DNA of 15,554 nt from positions 1 to 15,554 of the forward strand of contig JANOQV010000075.1 in the NCBI GenBank assembly GCA_031414955.1. The letters are read 5' to 3'. Below the pieces are notes generated by a model. That model did no database searches, was not told the DNA's origin, and saw only the letters and a program-made list of their open reading frames with translations. Position numbers and translations under genes: made by a program. Below are positions 1 through 11,100 of the stretch, piece by piece (positions within the stretch are counted from its first letter, which is position 1; each line of letters opens with the position of its first letter). The DNA is from Pedosphaera sp. Lineage in GTDB: Bacteria > Verrucomicrobiota > Verrucomicrobiia > Limisphaerales > SIBH01.

Positions 1-1588
1 GCTCCGAGGGCTTCATGCTCAGGGCGAGATTGCGGCGGATGCGTTCGCGATTGGGCGCGTCAAAAAAATCGACCGGGTTGAAGTCATCGGTGAGCACGCG
101 TCCATTCTCCAGGTGCAGCGAGAGGCCGGCGTAGTCGCGCCCCGGCTCGATCACCCCGGCGTAGGCGGACTCCGCCCGCGCCCGCACCAGGCTGTGGACT
201 CCTGAAAGATCCGGGCTGTTTACCATCGCCAGTTCGGCGCGATCCGACGCCACAAAAAAGGTGTTGCCGCCATCCGCCGTGTGAATGCGCACGGAGGCGA
301 AGACGTTGGTCAGGGTCTTGAAGAGCGAGGTGGTGAAGAAATCCTCGCCCGACTTGAAATTGCCGAAGCTGTTGATGACCAGCACGCCGCCGGGCTTCAT
401 CACCCGGCGCATGGCCACGAAGGCTTCGCGGGTCATCAGATGCGAGGGCGAGGATTCGCCGAGGAAGGCGTCCAGCGCGACTGCATCGTACTTTTTCCGG
501 CAGTCATTGAGAAATTGCCGGCCGTCACCAATCGTGATGTTTAACTTCTCGGTCTGGAGATCGAACCACTGCGCCGCCATCGGCACCACGGCGGGATTGA
601 TCTCCACCACATCGACCCGCGAACCGTCCCGGGCAAAATCGCCGGGAGAAATTCCCACGCCCAGCCCGATGCAAAGCACATCCGTGGTGTTGGTCGCGTA
701 AACCCGGGCCAGCCCGTGCAGCATGTAAGTGAAGAGCGAGGTGCTCTTCCGCGCCGCCGGGTCGTAAGTGTTTTGCACGAGGTAATCATTCATGTAAAAC
801 CGCTGGCTGCCGGCCTCGAGCACCTGGAGCGTTCCAAAATTTGAGTTGCCGCCAAACTTCTCCTCCGCGCGCGCGTGCCGTAAATAGTCGCGCCGCACGC
901 CCCCCCAGCCAATCAGGATAGTCCCGATGAAGACCAGCACCACGGGCGCGAGGGGCTTCTTCTCGTCGCGCCAGACCAGGAAGTACACCAGGGCCACCGC
1001 CGCCAGCACCAGCGAAGTGAAGTACATGGTCTTGGAGTTCGGCAGGTAGGGCACGAGCACGTAGCCGATCAGCATGGTGCCGGCGAAACTGCCGAACGTG
1101 CTCACCGCCGTGAGCCGGCCCACATTGCCCCCGACGTGGCTCACCTCCGAGGTCAGCACCCGCACGAAGAAAGGTCCGACCATCGCGAGCAAGGCCAGCG
1201 GGATGAAAAATAAAACCATCGAGGCCAGCAACGAGCCGAGCGCGAAGGGTTTCAAGTTCAGGCACGCGTACGCCACCGGTTCCACCACCATCACCGTCAG
1301 CCCGAGATAGATGGCGGCCAGCAGAATGGCCCAGTAGAGCCGCCCCACCTGGGGCGACTTGTCCACGAACCGGCCGCCCGCGTAATAACCAAGCGTGAGC
1401 GCGATGAGCGTGACCGCGATTTGCGCCGTCCAGACGAAATGCGACGTGCCGATGAAAGGCGACAGCATCTTCGCGCCCAGGATTTCCACGATCATGATCG
1501 CCGCGCCCGTGATGGCAGCGGTGAAGTAGAAGTAGCGGCGTTGCGCGAGGGAGAGTCCGCCCGTCTCGGGCGCGTTAGGTTTTTTCAC
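1..1588 (-). CDS. Fused MFS-like membrane domain / spermidine-synthase-like (class I SAM-fold) protein, 3' end just outside the window
   Basis: Manual translation from GTG at 1588 gives (M)KKPNAPETGGLSLAQRRYFYFTAAITGAAIMIVEILGAKMLSPFIGTSHFVWTAQIAVTLIALTLGYYAGGRFVDK, a hydrophobic N-terminal half typical of fused MFS/spermidine synthase proteins. The SAM-fold motifs follow in the same frame: VLCIGLGVG (679-653), VDVVEINPAVV, IGDGRQFL, YDAVALDAF, MKPGGVLVIN. The family's C-terminal motif VLTDDFNPVDFFD lies near 100-60. There are 529 codons inside the window. The exact start is less certain than the identity. Confidence 0.9.
   Translation of the reverse strand, partial: MKKPNAPETGGLSLAQRRYFYFTAAITGAAIMIVEILGAKMLSPFIGTSHFVWTAQIAVTLIALTLGYYAGGRFVDKSPQVGRLYWAILLAAIYLGLTVMVVEPVAYACLNLKPFALGSLLASMVLFFIPLALLAMVGPFFVRVLTSEVSHVGGNVGRLTAVSTFGSFAGTMLIGYVLVPYLPNSKTMYFTSLVLAAVALVYFLVWRDEKKPLAPVVLVFIGTILIGWGGVRRDYLRHARAEEKFGGNSNFGTLQVLEAGSQRFYMNDYLVQNTYDPAARKSTSLFTYMLHGLARVYATNTTDVLCIGLGVGISPGDFARDGSRVDVVEINPAVVPMAAQWFDLQTEKLNITIGDGRQFLNDCRKKYDAVALDAFLGESSPSHLMTREAFVAMRRVMKPGGVLVINSFGNFKSGEDFFTTSLFKTLTNVFASVRIHTADGGNTFFVASDRAELAMVNSPDLSGVHSLVRARAESAYAGVIEPGRDYAGLSLHLENGRVLTDDFNPVDFFDAPNRERIRRNLALSMKPSE
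1572..1585. repeat. 14-bp inverted repeat, left copy (GCGTTAGGTTTTTT)
   Basis: Exact reverse complement of 15509-15522. The match itself is certain; its function is not. Confidence 0.5.
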
Positions 1589-1595
1589 GCGGCGA

Positions 1596-1624
1596 GTTCT
1601 ACGGGAGAGATCTCGCGGACGCAA
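1596..1624 (-). promoter_or_regulatory. Candidate sigma70-type promoter for the spermidine-synthase-like gene (possibly leaderless)
   Basis: The minus strand reads TTGCGT (1624-1619), 17-nt spacer, TAGAAC (1601-1596), 7 nt, GTG (1588). There is no Shine-Dalgarno sequence. The -10 hexamer lacks the conserved final T. Confidence 0.45.
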
Positions 1625-1651
1625 GCCGGGGCGCGGAGCTTGGAGGGGCGG

Positions 1652-1685
1652 GCCGGGCGCGGCTGGCAGGGCCGCACCCGGCTTT
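1652..1685 (+). other. GC-rich hairpin with short T tail in the divergent intergenic region
   Basis: GCCGGG-C-GCGGC (1652-1663), loop TGGCAGG, GCCGC-A-CCCGGC (1671-1682), then TTT. This is 11 bp with one mismatch. The T tract is too short for a confident terminator call. Confidence 0.3.
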
Positions 1686-1856
1686 CCGGCCTGTGCCGCC
1701 ACCTCGTGCCACCAGGTGGCCGTCGGTCGCCCCGAGGATTGAGGCCAAAGGCCCGAGGCCGGGAGTTAAAACTCGATGATCAAAGTTCACGGGATTCAAG
1801 TGGGGAAACAGCCTTTGCCCTCCCGTGCGCCGAAGATTTGTGTTTGCAGTAGCAAT

Positions 1857-2010
1857 CCAGCTTTTTGCCGGTGATGAACCGAGATGGAGGCTTGCCTTTC
1901 GGGATGCATTGAGGATGCTCTCCACTACCAAACGAAACGAGTCCAGTCATCACCGCTGGGCGGATGCCTTGATCGCATCCCAACTCCGCTCTTTTGGGAA
2001 TCGACCCAAA
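1857..2010 (+). promoter_or_regulatory. Inverted-repeat-rich region upstream of the giant gene (putative structured 5' leader)
   Basis: CGGTGATGA (1869-1877) pairs with TCATCACCG (1947-1955). Nested inside are TGGAG (1885-1889)/CTCCA (1920-1924) and GCAT (1906-1909)/ATGC (1915-1918). Downstream are GGATGC (1962-1967)/GCATCC (1975-1980) and TTTGGG (1993-1998)/CCCAAA (2005-2010). Confidence 0.4.
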
Positions 2011-2060
2011 TGCGCCCGAATATTTTGTCCGTGATCGACTGTGTGAACCCTCGTGCCCTT

Positions 2061-2138
2061 ATGAATCCATATCCCCAATTCCTTGTCCGTGTGCTGTTGG
2101 CCATTCACCTCCTGGCTGGCCTGACCGAAGCGCGTGCC
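2061..2138 (+). other. Sec signal peptide
   Basis: MNPYPQFLVRVLLAIHLLAGLTEARA|AVFSW has a basic residue, a hydrophobic core and an A-R-A signal peptidase I site. Confidence 0.75.
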
Positions 2139-5100
2139 GCCGTGTTCAGTTGGAGCGGTTCCGGTGCCGGGCCTGGCTCTGGTGCGAATAACGCGTGGAC
2201 CACGGTCGGCAACTGGACGAACAACCTCGGTCTTCCCGTCGCGGGCGACACGGTGCTCTTCGGCTTGGGCGGCAGCGCGACCAACATCGGCATCGCCTTT
2301 CCTTCCCTGACGTCGGTTCAGAGCAACATCGGGGCAATCGTCCTTTCCGGTGGCTCTACGGTGGACCGCTTCATCGGCAACTCCTCCACCTCGGCGGACG
2401 GCGTGCTCACGCTCTCCGGCGCCGGCGGCGGTTTGATCACCAACAGCGTGTCGGGACGCACGCTGTTCATCCTTTCCAACACGGCGGCGGGCACGCGGTT
2501 CATGTCCCTGCTCCTGCCCAATGCCGGCACCATCGAGGCGGTCGGCAACGTGCAGATTCTGGTCGGGGTGACTGGCGCGGGTGCAATTGCCAAGACCGGC
2601 GCGGGCACGCTCATCCTCGGCACGAACAATGTGATGACCGGCGTGTGGAGCAACCTTGCCGGCACGCTCCAGGTCGGCACCGGCGGCGCGGCGGGCAATT
2701 TCGGCGCGGGCAATTTGACCAACAACGCCACTCTGATCATCAATCGCAACGACATCGCCACTTTCGCCAACATCATCTCCGGCAGCGGCAACGTCACGGT
2801 CAACGGCGGCATCATTGGGTTGAGCGCGAACAACGGCTTCCTTGGCACGCTCACTGTGAATAACTCCGCGACTAACATCCTCTTGGGCACCAGCGCCCAG
2901 ACCACCACGACGGTCAACAACAACTCCGTGCTGCGGGTGGCCAACAGCGGAGGGCTTGGCACCAGCGGCGGTTTCAACCTCAACCCGAACAACGCCGAGA
3001 CCGGCCGACTCGAACTCACCAACAGCGTGACCATCCTTTCCGCCACCCGCACTCTTGTCATGCAGGGTCGCAATAACACCACGGATGCCATCCGCAGCAT
3101 CGGCGGTAACAACATCATCTCCGGTCCGATCAGTTTCACCACCGGCGGCAGCACTTACGCGATTGATTCCACCAGCGGCACGCTCACCCTGGTCGGGGGT
3201 GTGACCAGCACCGCGACCGGCGGGCGCACGCTCACGCTGCAAGGTGCTGCCACCGGCACGGTGCCGAGCGCCATCGTGAACGGCAGCGCGACGATGGCTT
3301 TGACCAAGGGCGGCATCGGCACCTGGACGTTGACTGGCACCAACATCTACACCGGAGTGACCACGATCAGCGGCGGCCTGCTGGCCTTGAGCGGGCTGGG
3401 CTCCATCGCGAACAGCCCGTCCATCTTCGTTGGGGTGGACTCCACCTTCAGCGTCGGCGCGGTCACGGGCGGTTACATGCTGGCGGTGGGCCAGATACTT
3501 TCTGGTGTGGGTGAAGTGGTGGGTTCGCTGCGCGCGACCAACGGGACCGCGGTGGCTCCGGGCACCACCAGCACGGCGGGCACATTGCAGTTCGCCAACA
3601 ATGTTTCGTTCGAGGACGGCGCGGGCCTGCTGCTCGATCTGGCCGGCACCACCACTTACAACAGCGGAACCAACGACCTGCTGCTGATTGGCGGCAATCT
3701 CGCGCTCTCGGGCGTCACCCGCGTGGGCTTCAGTTTCCTCGGCGGAGCGCCGGCCTTGGGCATGCCTTATACCATCGCGCGCTATTTCGGTTCGCTCTCC
3801 GGGGGCGTGGCCAATCTCATCGCCACGAACTGCCCCTACACCGCCACCTTCAGCACCGCGACTCCGGGTGAAGTGCGCGTGACCTTCACCGGCACGCCGG
3901 CCTCGCTGGTCTGGAATGGCTCCCCAGGCGGCCTGACGTCGAACGTGTGGAATGTGGCTGCTGCCACCAACTGGCTGAATGGTGTGGCGCTCGCCCCGTT
4001 CCGCCAGGGCGACGCGGTGCTCTTCGACAACACCTCCGCGACGCAGACGGTCAACCTGGTGTCATCGGTCAGTCCCTCGAACACGGTCGTGAACTCTGCG
4101 CTCAATTACATCATCCAGGGTGTGGGTGGAATCATCGGTGGCGGCCTGACCAAGGACGGCAGCGGCACGCTCACGATCAGCAACTCGGCCAACGCTTATG
4201 CCGGTGCGACCCTCGTCAGCGGCGGGACGGTCAAGGTCGGCACCAACGCCGCCTTTGGCAACAGTTCCGGCATCACCGTCAACGGCACCGGTCAGATTGA
4301 TCTCAACGGTGTCAGCCAGGGCACTAGGATTTTCAATTACACCATCAGCGGTACCGGGCCGGACGGTCTCGGTGCGATCAAGAACACCGTGGCGGCCGTG
4401 ACCACCAGTTCCGGCGTCAAGAACCTCACCCTGGCGGCGGACTCGACCATTGGCAGCACCCTGGCCGCGGGCGGCAGCCGGCTGGACATCGTTTACAGTG
4501 GCGGCGTGCTCAACGGCGGGGGCAACAAGCTGACCAAGGTCGGCGTGGGCCAGCTAGACATCCGCGGAACGACCATCAATCTCACCGAACTCATCGTCAA
4601 CGACGGTCTCCTCTACGCCGAGGACGTGGACAACAACTTCGGCTCCAAGCTCACCATCAATCCCGCCGGCAGCGCGGGTGTTTACAACAACCGCATTCAG
4701 ACCGGCGAGGTGGTGCTGAACGGCGGAACCCTTTCCGGCGTCGGCCCCAGCCTCACCGCCACCGGCCTCTACACCGGGCCGGTCACGCTCAACACGCCCA
4801 CCAACAAGGTGGACACGGCGGGCGCTTACGGCGGGGCCAACGTGGCCTTGAGCGGCGCGGTGGCCGGCCCGGGCGGATTGATCAAGAGTGGCACCGGCAC
4901 CCTCAATCTCAACGGCACCAACACCTACGCCGGCGGCACGACCATCAGCAACGGCGCGATTCAGGGCACGACCTACTCCGTGCAGGGCAACCTCACCAAC
5001 CATTCCGCGCTCGTGCTCAACCAGCCCTTCGACGGCACCCTGGCCGCCCCCGTGCTGACGGGCACGGGCAGCCTGACCAAGCGCGGCCTGGGCAAGGTCA

Positions 5101-8100
5101 CCATCAACTCGGCCCTGAGTCTCACGGGCACCATCACCAACGAAGCCGGCATCATCGCGCTGGGCGCGGACAATGTGCTGGGCTTTGGCACGAATGACTG
5201 GCGCGGCGCGGGCGGGTTGTTCCCCGCGTTCGAGTCGGCGGATGCCAGCACGCGGACGATCACGAACGCCATCTCCATTTCCACCGACACGCGGCTCGGC
5301 TCGGCCGGTTCGGGCAATTTGGTGTTCAGCGGCCCCATCAACAACGGCGGCGCGCAGAAAATGCTGACGGTCTCGAACGCGCTCACCACCTTCAGCAGCG
5401 GCCTGGGTAACCTTGGCGTCATCGTGAAGGCCGGTCCCGGCCAGTTGGCGCTCGGTGGCCCCAACAACAACGCCGGTCTGACCATCAGCAACGGCCTCGT
5501 GGCGCTGTTGGCGGGCGGTTACTTCTCGAACAGTCCGTACGTGACCATCGCCTCCGGCGCGATGCTGGATGTCTCGGCGGGTTTGGGCGCGACCTTCACC
5601 AACGCCGCCGGGCGCACACTCCTGGCCGGCAACACCAACGGAAATTATTTTGGCGATGACATCGTGGGTGCTCTGACCAACGCCGGCACCGTCAATGTCG
5701 CCGGCAGCGGCTGGCCCGGCACGCTGAACGTCAGCGGCGACATCCTGATCGGCGGCGGCACGCTGCTGTTCGACCTCGCCACGTCCGCCAACCTCGGCGA
5801 CGGCGTGAACGATTACATTTACACCGTCGGGAACATCGCCCTCTCCGGCACTATCACCATCAACGTGAACGCGCTTGGCGGGACCATCCCCGATGGCGAC
5901 TACATCGTCATGTCCAGCGGCGTGGCCATCACGGGCACGCCCACCTTCGTGATCACCGGCACCAACGGCTGGCGTCAGACGGTGACGGTTTTGTACTCGA
6001 GCGGGAACCCGGACTTCACCATTCAGATCTATGGCGCGGTTCCCGGTCCGATCGCCTGGTGGGGCACGGCGGGCAACAACTGGGACATCAACGCCAGCAT
6101 CAACTGGAGCAACACCGTCTCCGGTCTCCTCGGCACCTACTACAACGGCGACTCGGTCCTCTTCGACAACACCTCTTTCAACACCAACATCGTGGTGGCC
6201 GGCACCGTCGCCCCCGGCCCGGTCGTGGTGAACTCATCAAGCAACCACGCCTTCAGCGGCGCGGGCAAGATCAGCGGCCCGGCCAGCTACACCAAGACCG
6301 GCACCGGCACGAACCTGATGGCGCTGGCCAACGACTACACCGGCCTGACCTACGTCAACAACGGCATTCTCAAAATGGGCAACGCGGCCGCGCTGGGCGC
6401 GACCAATGTTCCCGGTCTCAACGCTGAGACCGTCATCAACGGCGGTTCGCTGGACCTGAACGGCAACGCGATCATCACCGAGAGCTTCACCGTGCAGGGC
6501 GCGGGTCCGGGCGGCATTGGCGCGATGGTCAACAACGGCGCGGGCATCGTGAACGGCGGCCCGCGCGCCCGCGTCACCTTGAGCGGCGACACGACGTTTG
6601 GCGCGCCCAACCGCTGGGATCTCCAGGGCGGTGCGACTCTGATCGGCAACGGCTTCAAGGTGACGAAAGTTGGCGGTTCGGAAATGTTCCTGAGCGGCCT
6701 GGGTGAGACGGCGCTGGGTGACATCGACGTGCAACAGGGCTTCCTGACCTGGGGGGCCAATTCCACGGCCGGCGACCCAACCAAGAACTACAATGTGGCG
6801 GGCGGCGCGATCCTGAACTTCTTCGCCCACACCGTCCCGCTGAACAAGATGTTCACTTTCCAGAACGGCGCGCTCATCCAGAACGGCTCCGGCACGGCCA
6901 TCCTGGCTGGACCGGTTTCATTGGTGGGCGGAAGCGTGCTCTTCAACACCGTCAACCCGGTCATTGTCAGCAACGTGATCAGCGGCGCCGGGCTCCTGGT
7001 GAAGCAGAACACCGGCGTGCTCACCCTGCTCTCGAACGCCACCCACACCGGCAACACCTTCGTCAGCGCCGGCACCCTGGCGCTGGGCGGCGGCTTCACC
7101 GCGCCCATCGTGGTCGGCCTCATCACGAACAACGCCACGATCGACCTGAATCCTTCCGCCGCCTATTTGTTCACGAACTTCATGATCGGCTCGGGCACGT
7201 TCACCAAGAGCGGCACGAACTCGGTGCAACTCGCGGGCCTTTACGGGAGCGACCAGCTCGGTGACTTGCTCACCTTCAACCTCACCGGCGGCGCGTTTGA
7301 CTGGAACGGGCGCACGGAAGTCATCCGCGCGCTGGCCGGCAGCACGGGCACCATCGTCAGCAACTCGGCGGGCGGCCAGGCGATGATGATTCTCGCCAAT
7401 CCTTCCGGCGGCCAGACCTACAGCGGCTCCATCGCCGGTAACACGCGCGTCGTCATCCGCGACGCCGCGACCAAGAACACCACGGTCCAGATTTTCGCCG
7501 GCACGAACACCTTCACCGGCGGCCTGCTCATCGACAACGGCCAGTTGCGTATCGCCTCCGACGCCCAGCTTGGCGCGGTGCCGGCCAGCTTCGACGCGCA
7601 GAACATCACCCTGCGCAATGGCGGCCTGCTCCAGAACAACAACACTTACATCTATCTGCACCCGAACCGGGGCATCTATCTCGAGAGCGGGGACGGCGGA
7701 ATCATGTCGGGCTTCAGCCGCGACATCACCGTCTTCGGCGTGATCTCCGGCCCGGGCCGGTTCGTCAAGGTGGACGGCGGACGCATCCTGCTGGCCAACG
7801 CGAACACGTTCACCGGCGACACCGTGTTCAACAACATCGGCGGTACCGGCACTCTCCGCCTCGATCATCCGCTGGGCTTGCAGTACAGCACGTTTGACGC
7901 GACCGGTATCGGCGGCAACGGCACGCTCGACCTGAACTTCCTCGATGTGTTCCTCGGTGGACTCAAGGGCAGCGGCGCGACCATCGCCAACTTCACCGGT
8001 CGCCTCACCGTTGGTGGCAACAACCAGGGCACGACCTTCGGTGGTTCCCTCAACGGCAGCGGCTCGCTGGTGAAGATTGGTTCGGGCGTGCTCGACCTGA

Positions 8101-11100
8101 CCGGCGCGAACACCGTCCCCGGCGGCACGACCATCAGCAACGGTGCGCTCAATGTTGCCGGCAGCCTCGCGGGTGGCACGGTCACGGTGCGGCCGGGTGC
8201 GGCGCTCGGCGGTTTCGGCACGGTCAACGCCCATCTCGTGGCCGACGCGGGCTCGCTGGTTTCTCCGGGAGCGTCCGTCGGCACGCTGACCATCAGCAGC
8301 AACGCCACCTTCACCGGCGCGTCGGCGCTCTTCGAACTGGCCAGCCTGACCACCATCGGCCTGGGCGTGAATGATCTCATCCAGGTGAACGGCAACCTCA
8401 CGCTGGCCGGCCTGAACACCATTCGTTTCGGCTTTCTCAGCGGCGCGCCCGCGGCCGGCACCTACACCATCATTCGCTACACCGGCACGCTCACCGGCGG
8501 CGCCGCGAACCTGACCAACGCCGCCAGCTACGGCGCGGTCTTCAACACCTCGGTGCCCGGTGAAATTCGCGTCACCTTCACTGGCGCGGCGCAGAACCTC
8601 ACCTGGCGCGGCGACGGCGCGGGCAACGCCTGGGACTTGAACACGACCAGCAATTTCTTCGATGGCGCGGCGCTCAATGTCTTCCGCGACGGCGACAGCG
8701 TGACCTTTGACGACACCGGCTCGAACAACGTGCCGGTGGCTATCACGGGCCTGATCGCCCCGGCGGACTTCACGGTCAACGCGGCCATTGATTACACCTT
8801 CGCCAGCCTGGGCGAACTGACGACGCCGCGCGGCCTGACCAAGCTGGGCGCGGGCACGCTCACCCTGGCCAACACCAACGATTCCTTCGGCCCGCTGAAC
8901 ATTCTTGCCGGCACGGTGGCGATTGCTTACGACGACAATCTCGGCCTCGTCCCGCCGCTGGCCGCGCCCGGCCGCGTGGTGCTGAACGGCGGCACGCTCC
9001 AGGCGTCCGCCAGTCTCACGCTCCATCCGAACCGGGGTCTGTGGGTGGGCCCCAGCACCGGCAACGGCGGCGGCTGGATCGAGACGCCGACCGGCGTCGC
9101 GCTCACCTACAGCGGCGTCATTGCCAATAATCCCGGTGGCAACGGCAGCCTGACCAAGGCCGGCACCGGCATGTTGATTCTCAGCGGCGCGAACACGTAT
9201 TCCGGCAACACCATTGTCAGCCGCGGCTCCCTGTTGGTCCGCAATGCCAGCGCCCTCGGCGGCGCGGGCACACTGCTTCTTGGCGATGCCGGCAGTGGCA
9301 CGGACCCAATCACCGTGCTGCTCGACACCGCGACCAACGGCGCATCGCTCACGGTGAGCCGCGACATCGTGGTGACTTCCTCGGGCACCGGGCCGGTGAC
9401 GGTGGGTTCCACCGCGCGTTTCGGCTACCCCGGCGCCGAGCAGGCCGTCTTCAACGGCAACATCACGCTCAACAATCGCGACCTCATTCTCCGCACCGGC
9501 GCGGGTGACATCACTCGCTTCAACGGCCTCATCCAGGGCACGGGCAATCTCATTATCACCAACGGCAGCCTGACTGGCGATCAGCGCGGCAACGGCGGCA
9601 ATCGCATTCTGTTGGAAATCACGCCCAAGACCTTCATCGGCGACGTCACCGTCCTCTCCGGTGGCCCGACCAACTTCACGGTGTTGCAGATTGGCGGTGG
9701 TGGAAACACCTACGACTTCATCCCCGACGGATCGAGCGTGATCGTGCAAACCAACGCGGTGCTCCGCCTCTACGGCCACGAGGCCATCGACGGATTGAGC
9801 GGCAGCGGTCGCGTGCGTGGTGTGGTCGCGCAATACCTCCTCACCGTCGGCTCCAGCAATGCCACCTCGGCCTTCGACGGCGTGATGGAAAATGATCCCT
9901 TCGACGGCGGCTCGCTCGCCTTCACCAAGATCGGCAGCGGCACCTTCACCCTCAATTCGGTCAGCCCCTACACCGGCCCGACCATCGTGGGCGGCGGCAG
10001 CCTGGTGCTCGGCGCGGGCGCGGCCATCACGAACTCGGCCAGCCTCATCATCTCCAACGGCGCGACGCTCGATGCCTCGGCCCTCGCCGGCGGCCTGACG
10101 TTGCGCAACAACCAGATTCTCTCCGGCTTCGGCACCGTGGCCGGCGGACTTGTCGCGGTCACCAACACCACCATCAACCCTGGCCTGGTCGGCGTGGCCG
10201 GCACGTTGAGCGTGGGCGGCAATCTCTCTCTCAGCAACCTCAGCCGCATCAACGTCGATCTCGCCACCGCCACCACCGCGGGCAGCGGAGTCAATGACCT
10301 GATCGACGTGACGGGCGACCTGGACCTCCAGGGCGGCGGCCCGGTCATCACGGTCAATGCTCTCAGCCCGCTCGCGGCCGGCACCTATACGCTCATCACT
10401 TTCACCGGCACCAAGACGGGTGCTGCGGCCTCCAGCCTCGCGCTGGTCAACAACACCGCCTCGGCCATGACGCTGGGCGAGACGGCCAACTCGATCACCC
10501 TCACCGTCACGACGGCGGGCCGCAGTCTCGTCTGGGCGGCGGGCCTGGGCAGCAGCGTGTGGGACATCACGACCACGGCCAACTGGTCCAACAGCGTGAC
10601 CGTGGCCTATGACACTTTCCGGCAGGGCGATGCGGTGACGTTTGACTCCACCTACGCCAATTCGAACGTGACCCTGGCGGTCACGGTGCTGCCCTCCACC
10701 GTTAGCTTCACCGGCGCGACGAACTACGCGCTCAGCGGCGCGGGCCTCATCGGCGGCTCGGCCAGCCTGATTGTCAACAGCACCGGCACCAACACCATCG
10801 GCACGCCGAACACGTTCAGCGGTCCGGTCTTGATCCAGGCGGGCGTCCTCCGGGCCAACAACGGTGCGGCTCTCGGCAACGCGCTCGGCGCGACCATCGT
10901 CAGCAGCGGGGCGACGCTGGATGTGAACGGGCAGAACCTCGGCGCGGAAACGGTCACGGCCAGCGGTACCGGCGTGAGCGGCCAGGGCGCCATCGTGAAC
11001 AACGGGGCGAGCCAGACCCAGCCTTTGCGTTTTGTGACCCTCGCGGGCGACACCACCTTCGGCGGCGTGGCCGCCGGTCGCTGGGATATCCGGCAGGCCA

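Noticed and set aside
281..1310. Short ORFs listed in the track over the left region
   Set aside because: All overlap the real minus-strand gene (1588 to <1), whose frame carries clear family motifs.
1612..1630. GGACGCAAGCC resembling the c-di-GMP-I riboswitch junction
   Set aside because: There is no upstream GGCAAAC/GNRA P2 hairpin or P3 tetraloop receptor. The sequence is better explained as the -35 box on the opposite strand.
1880..1928. Fluoride (crcB) riboswitch resemblance (GAGATGGAG...CTCCACTAC)
   Set aside because: It lacks the conserved GCU(A/G)AUGAC segment, P1 is weak, and the downstream gene has no link to fluoride.
1869..1955. Hammerhead ribozyme resemblance (TGATGA ... CGAAAC ... 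GTC)
   Set aside because: The core reads GUGAUGA rather than CUGAUGA, the UGAUGA is sequestered in the 9-bp stem, and stems II and III do not form properly.
1884..2060. Longer start (ATG 1884 or ATG 2010) for the giant gene
   Set aside because: The extension has atypical composition, overlaps the inverted-repeat region and would bury the signal peptide that begins at ATG 2061. ATG 2010 cannot be fully excluded.
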